Below, piece by piece: positions 37,208 through 39,903 of a stretch of DNA of 39,903 nucleotides. The notes below the pieces were generated by a model, which was not told where the DNA came from, searched no databases, and was given only the letters and a program-made list of their open reading frames with translations. The number at the start of each line of letters is the position of its first letter. The first letter of the stretch is position 1. The DNA is taken from assembly GCA_027491735.1 (NCBI GenBank), contig JAOZGP010000025.1, positions 1 through 39,903 of the forward strand, given 5' to 3'. The translations under genes were made by a program, and so were the position numbers. This DNA comes from Thermoproteota archaeon. GTDB lineage: Archaea > Korarchaeota > Korarchaeia > Korarchaeales > Korarchaeaceae.

Positions 37208-37713
37208 AGACCTGTGACAGATCCTTCAGCGATCACATGCCCCTGCATGGCATGCAGCACTTGAGATGCGGTCAAGCCCGGACTCAAGGGAAGTTTTGAG
37301 TCCAAGGCGTAGACATGGAAGATGTATCTGTGGGTCTTGCCTAGGGGCGGGCACGGACCTCCATATCCCATCTCGCCGAAGTCATTGACTCCCTGATATC
37401 CGTACTGAGTGACGGCTTTCCTGGGTAAGTTCTCTGGAAGGGAGGTCACCTCGGCTGGGACGTTGTAGAGGATCCAGTGAATAAAAGTTCCTCCTGGGAC
37501 GTCCGGATCCTCGACTATCACCACATAGCTCACAGCTCCGCTCACCTTGCTCCAAGATAGAGGAGGCGAGATGTTTCTGCCCTCACATGTATAAACCCCA
37601 GGAATCTTTCCTCCGCTCTCAAAAGCCCTAGATTCAACTTTGATAGAACTTCTAGTGCTCCTCAAGCTGAACTCCACAAAAAGTAGCGCTAAGATGACGA
37701 AGAAGATCACCAC
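37192..37713 (-). CDS. YbhB/YbcL (PEBP) family protein with an N-terminal hydrophobic anchor
   Basis: YTCEG.NISPPLSW, EDPD.P..F.HW, GYGGPCPP and HRY.F.VYALD. Confidence 0.93.
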   Translation of the reverse strand: MVIFFVILALLFVEFSLRSTRSSIKVESRAFESGGKIPGVYTCEGRNISPPLSWSKVSGAVSYVVIVEDPDVPGGTFIHWILYNVPAEVTSLPENLPRKAVTQYGYQGVNDFGEMGYGGPCPPLGKTHRYIFHVYALDSKLPLSPGLTASQVLHAMQGHVIAEGSVTGLYGRG

Positions 37714-37801
37714 AAACGTCAGCTTCCTCAGAGGATCTCACCCATGTAACGACCTGGAGATAAAATTAATTCATTGTGACCATCTACATGTCGATCCGTC
37801 C

Positions 37802-39373
37802 GTGAAGCTGGATAAGGAGAAGGATGAGGGGAACGTAGAGTACAAGCTCAGACTCTCACCTCCCTCTGAGGAGAGAATCGAGGAGCTGGCGACTCAGCTC
37901 AACTACAGGATAAACGAGGGGGGCGGGGAGGCCTTCTATGAGCTTGGAGTTTCAGACGACGGCCAGCCAGTCGGTCTGACTGATCAAGAGGCGGAGGAGG
38001 CCTTCAAAGTCCTATACAAAATATGTAAGAAGATAGGAGCAAGCTATATGGTGCTCAGAAAGGAGAGGGCTAGGAGAGGCTATGTTTTCGAGGTCCTGAT
38101 AAGGAAAAGCGTTGACGTTCCACCCGTAATGATAAACGTTGTCCTGCTCGGGAACGTGGACGCAGGAAAGTCCACTTTGAAAGGCGTCCTAGTGAGCGGT
38201 CAACTCGATGACGGTGACGGGGCGGCGATGAGCTGGGTGGCGAGATATCCTCACGAGCTGAAGATGAGGAGGAGCTCCTCCGTCTCCATACACATATTGG
38301 GGTTCGACGAGAGAGGAAGATGTATAAACGACTCGTTCAGATACAACGAGCCCGAGATATACCTTCGATCCTCGAAGATCGTAAATCTGATCGATCTGGC
38401 CGGTCACTACAGGTATCTCAGAACCACGCTCAGAGGGGTTCTAGGAAGCCTGCCTGACTATGCCCTACTGGTGGTCGGAGGAAATGCCGGACCTATAGGG
38501 TCATTCAAGGAGCACTTGGGCATAGCCATAGTCCTAGGCATACCCATAGCAGTTGTGGTCACGAAAGTGGACATGGCCCCGAGGAAGGTCTTGGAGAGGA
38601 CCTTGAAGGACTTAATCAGGATTATGAAACTCCCCGGGATAAACAGGATCCCAGTAATTGTGAAGAACAAGGGAGATGCTGTTCTGGCCGCTAGGTACGT
38701 GAAGCACGGCAGATTGACACCTGTATTCCTCGTCTCCAACGTTACTGGACGGGGCTTGGAGCTTCTTAAATTCTTCATGAATGCTCTTCCCCCTAGGATT
38801 CCTTGGCAGGAGAGGATGAAGGAGAGTTTTCTCTGCTACATAGACCAGAAGTTTGATGTGAGCGGCGTGGGACTCGTAGTCAGTGGTTTGGTCGAGTACG
38901 GATCGGTGTCCGAGGGGGATAAGGTTTTGATAGGTCCTTTGGACGACGGAAGCTTTAGATCCGTCAGGATAAGATCTATACAAGTGAACAGGATGCCTGT
39001 TTCTCGCGTGATAGCTGGAGAGATGGCTGGTTTTGCCTTGAAGGGAATAGAGGAATCAAGAGTGAGAAGGGGGATGGTCCTTCTAGGCTCTGGTGCTGAC
39101 GTCAGGGCCGTCTGGAGGTTTAAGGCAAGGATAAGGGTCCTCCATCATCCAACGACCATAAGGGTTGGTTATGAGCCTGTGGTACATATACATACCATAA
39201 GGCAGACCTGCAAGATCGTGAGATCGAGCAAGCCATTCCTCAGAACCGGCGACGTCGCTGAGGTCGTCTTCAGGTTCCTGAAAAGGCCCGAGTACATAAA
39301 GGAAGGTGATGTGTTCATATTCAGGGAGGGTACCACGCGAGGACTCGGAAAGGTTCTGGAGACCTCCCTTTAA
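37802..39373 (+). CDS. GTPBP1/2-family translational GTPase (archaeal GTPBP)
   Basis: DEGNVEYKL, G.GEAFYELGV.DDG, GNVDAGKST, DLAGH..Y.RTT, TKVD, SNVTG and HHPTTI..GY.P. GTG 37802 was chosen because the upstream extension overlaps the divergent gene. Confidence 0.92.
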   Translation: MKLDKEKDEGNVEYKLRLSPPSEERIEELATQLNYRINEGGGEAFYELGVSDDGQPVGLTDQEAEEAFKVLYKICKKIGASYMVLRKERARRGYVFEVLIRKSVDVPPVMINVVLLGNVDAGKSTLKGVLVSGQLDDGDGAAMSWVARYPHELKMRRSSSVSIHILGFDERGRCINDSFRYNEPEIYLRSSKIVNLIDLAGHYRYLRTTLRGVLGSLPDYALLVVGGNAGPIGSFKEHLGIAIVLGIPIAVVVTKVDMAPRKVLERTLKDLIRIMKLPGINRIPVIVKNKGDAVLAARYVKHGRLTPVFLVSNVTGRGLELLKFFMNALPPRIPWQERMKESFLCYIDQKFDVSGVGLVVSGLVEYGSVSEGDKVLIGPLDDGSFRSVRIRSIQVNRMPVSRVIAGEMAGFALKGIEESRVRRGMVLLGSGADVRAVWRFKARIRVLHHPTTIRVGYEPVVHIHTIRQTCKIVRSSKPFLRTGDVAEVVFRFLKRPEYIKEGDVFIFREGTTRGLGKVLETSL

Positions 39374-39613
39374 CTCTATCAGTGTAGGAAGTCCCCTCCG
39401 TGAATGGAAAGGGATGAGAGCTGGTAAGCTTATGTTTCTCTTCTGCATGTTCACTATCATCCATTTGGCTGAAAGATCTGATGGACCTAGGCTGGGACAG
39501 TCCGAAGTTACGCCTATGGAGACGAGTCCGGTCATTGAAGCAGCCCTATTGTTAACGGTGAGCCTATTAATTACTTCTAGGACATCATGAATGCTTAAAC
39601 TCAACCACCCACA

Positions 39614-39832
39614 TCCCCTAATTCACCCCCACTCCGAAGAATGGGGATTTCTTAGCGATGTTTTGTAACCCTGACGAGAGATGGTCGGAGGTCACCCAGA
39701 TGGGTGGGTTCGTGCAGGTTAGATCTACCGCTACAGCCACAGGCCTGGATGCACTCCACAGGATCCCCTTTAACCTCTTTACCTTCTGTCGCTAAGAAGG
39801 CCCGTCCATAAGGGCGGAGATGAATTAGGGGA
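39614..39832. repeat. Pair of 44-45 bp imperfect inverted repeats, each containing an IS200/IS605-like hairpin
   Basis: TCCCCTAATTCA (39614-39625) pairs with TGAATTAGGGGA (39821-39832), and TTCTTAGCGA (39649-39658) with TCGCTAAGAA (39789-39798). Internal hairpins are CCCCACTCCGAAGAATGGGG and CCGTCCATAAGGGCGG. Confidence 0.75.
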
Positions 39833-39903
39833 GTTGGTGGTAGTTACTTTCTGTACTCAGACTTCGATGAAATATCGATGAGATCGTGGCTATACACTGC
39901 GGT

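Noticed and set aside
39083-39604. 173-aa minus-strand ORF and 94-aa plus-strand ORF
   Set aside because: Both overlap the GTPase 3' end and lack recognisable motifs, so they are likely spurious.
1-39903. CRISPR array, tRNA/rRNA genes, and the many short antisense ORFs in the track
   Set aside because: I saw no regularly spaced repeats and no tRNA/rRNA signatures by eye. The short ORFs are shadows of well-supported genes.

Overview
This is an archaeal-looking window: TTTA[T/A]A-type TATA boxes, GGTGA/GGAGG ribosome-binding sites, frequent ATA/AGG/AGA codons, and archaeal GTPBP, MptE and KaiC-like genes. A thermophilic Thermoproteota/Korarchaeia-like host is my inference only. The centre is a dissimilatory sulfite reductase locus (about 16.2-27.7 kb). 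It contains dsrN(cbiA)-like, a divergent KaiC-like plus wHTH-TusA regulator pair, then dsrC - TAT Rieske protein - cytochrome b (PEWY) - small membrane protein - dsrM - dsrK - CGGC protein - ferredoxin - about 470 bp non-coding - dsrA - dsrB. The most striking feature is a Rieske/cytochrome b module inserted between dsrC and dsrMK, with cytb through dsrK tightly packed. No dsrJOP, dsrD, dsrL, dsrT or dsrEFH is visible. The cytochrome b has its fourth heme-ligand His replaced by Lys, and DsrK ends its CCG motif in CX2D. The flanks carry hemC-cobA-hemD (siroheme precursors), a YeiH/PSE transporter, a lactate/glycolate-oxidation module, a folate cluster (cofE-like, mptE, folP with an extra C-terminal domain), housekeeping genes, an IS200/IS605 tnpB 3' remnant and an inverted pair of IS200/IS605-like hairpin ends. 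I recognised no tRNA, rRNA or CRISPR array. All family calls come from motif recognition by eye; no database search was run.
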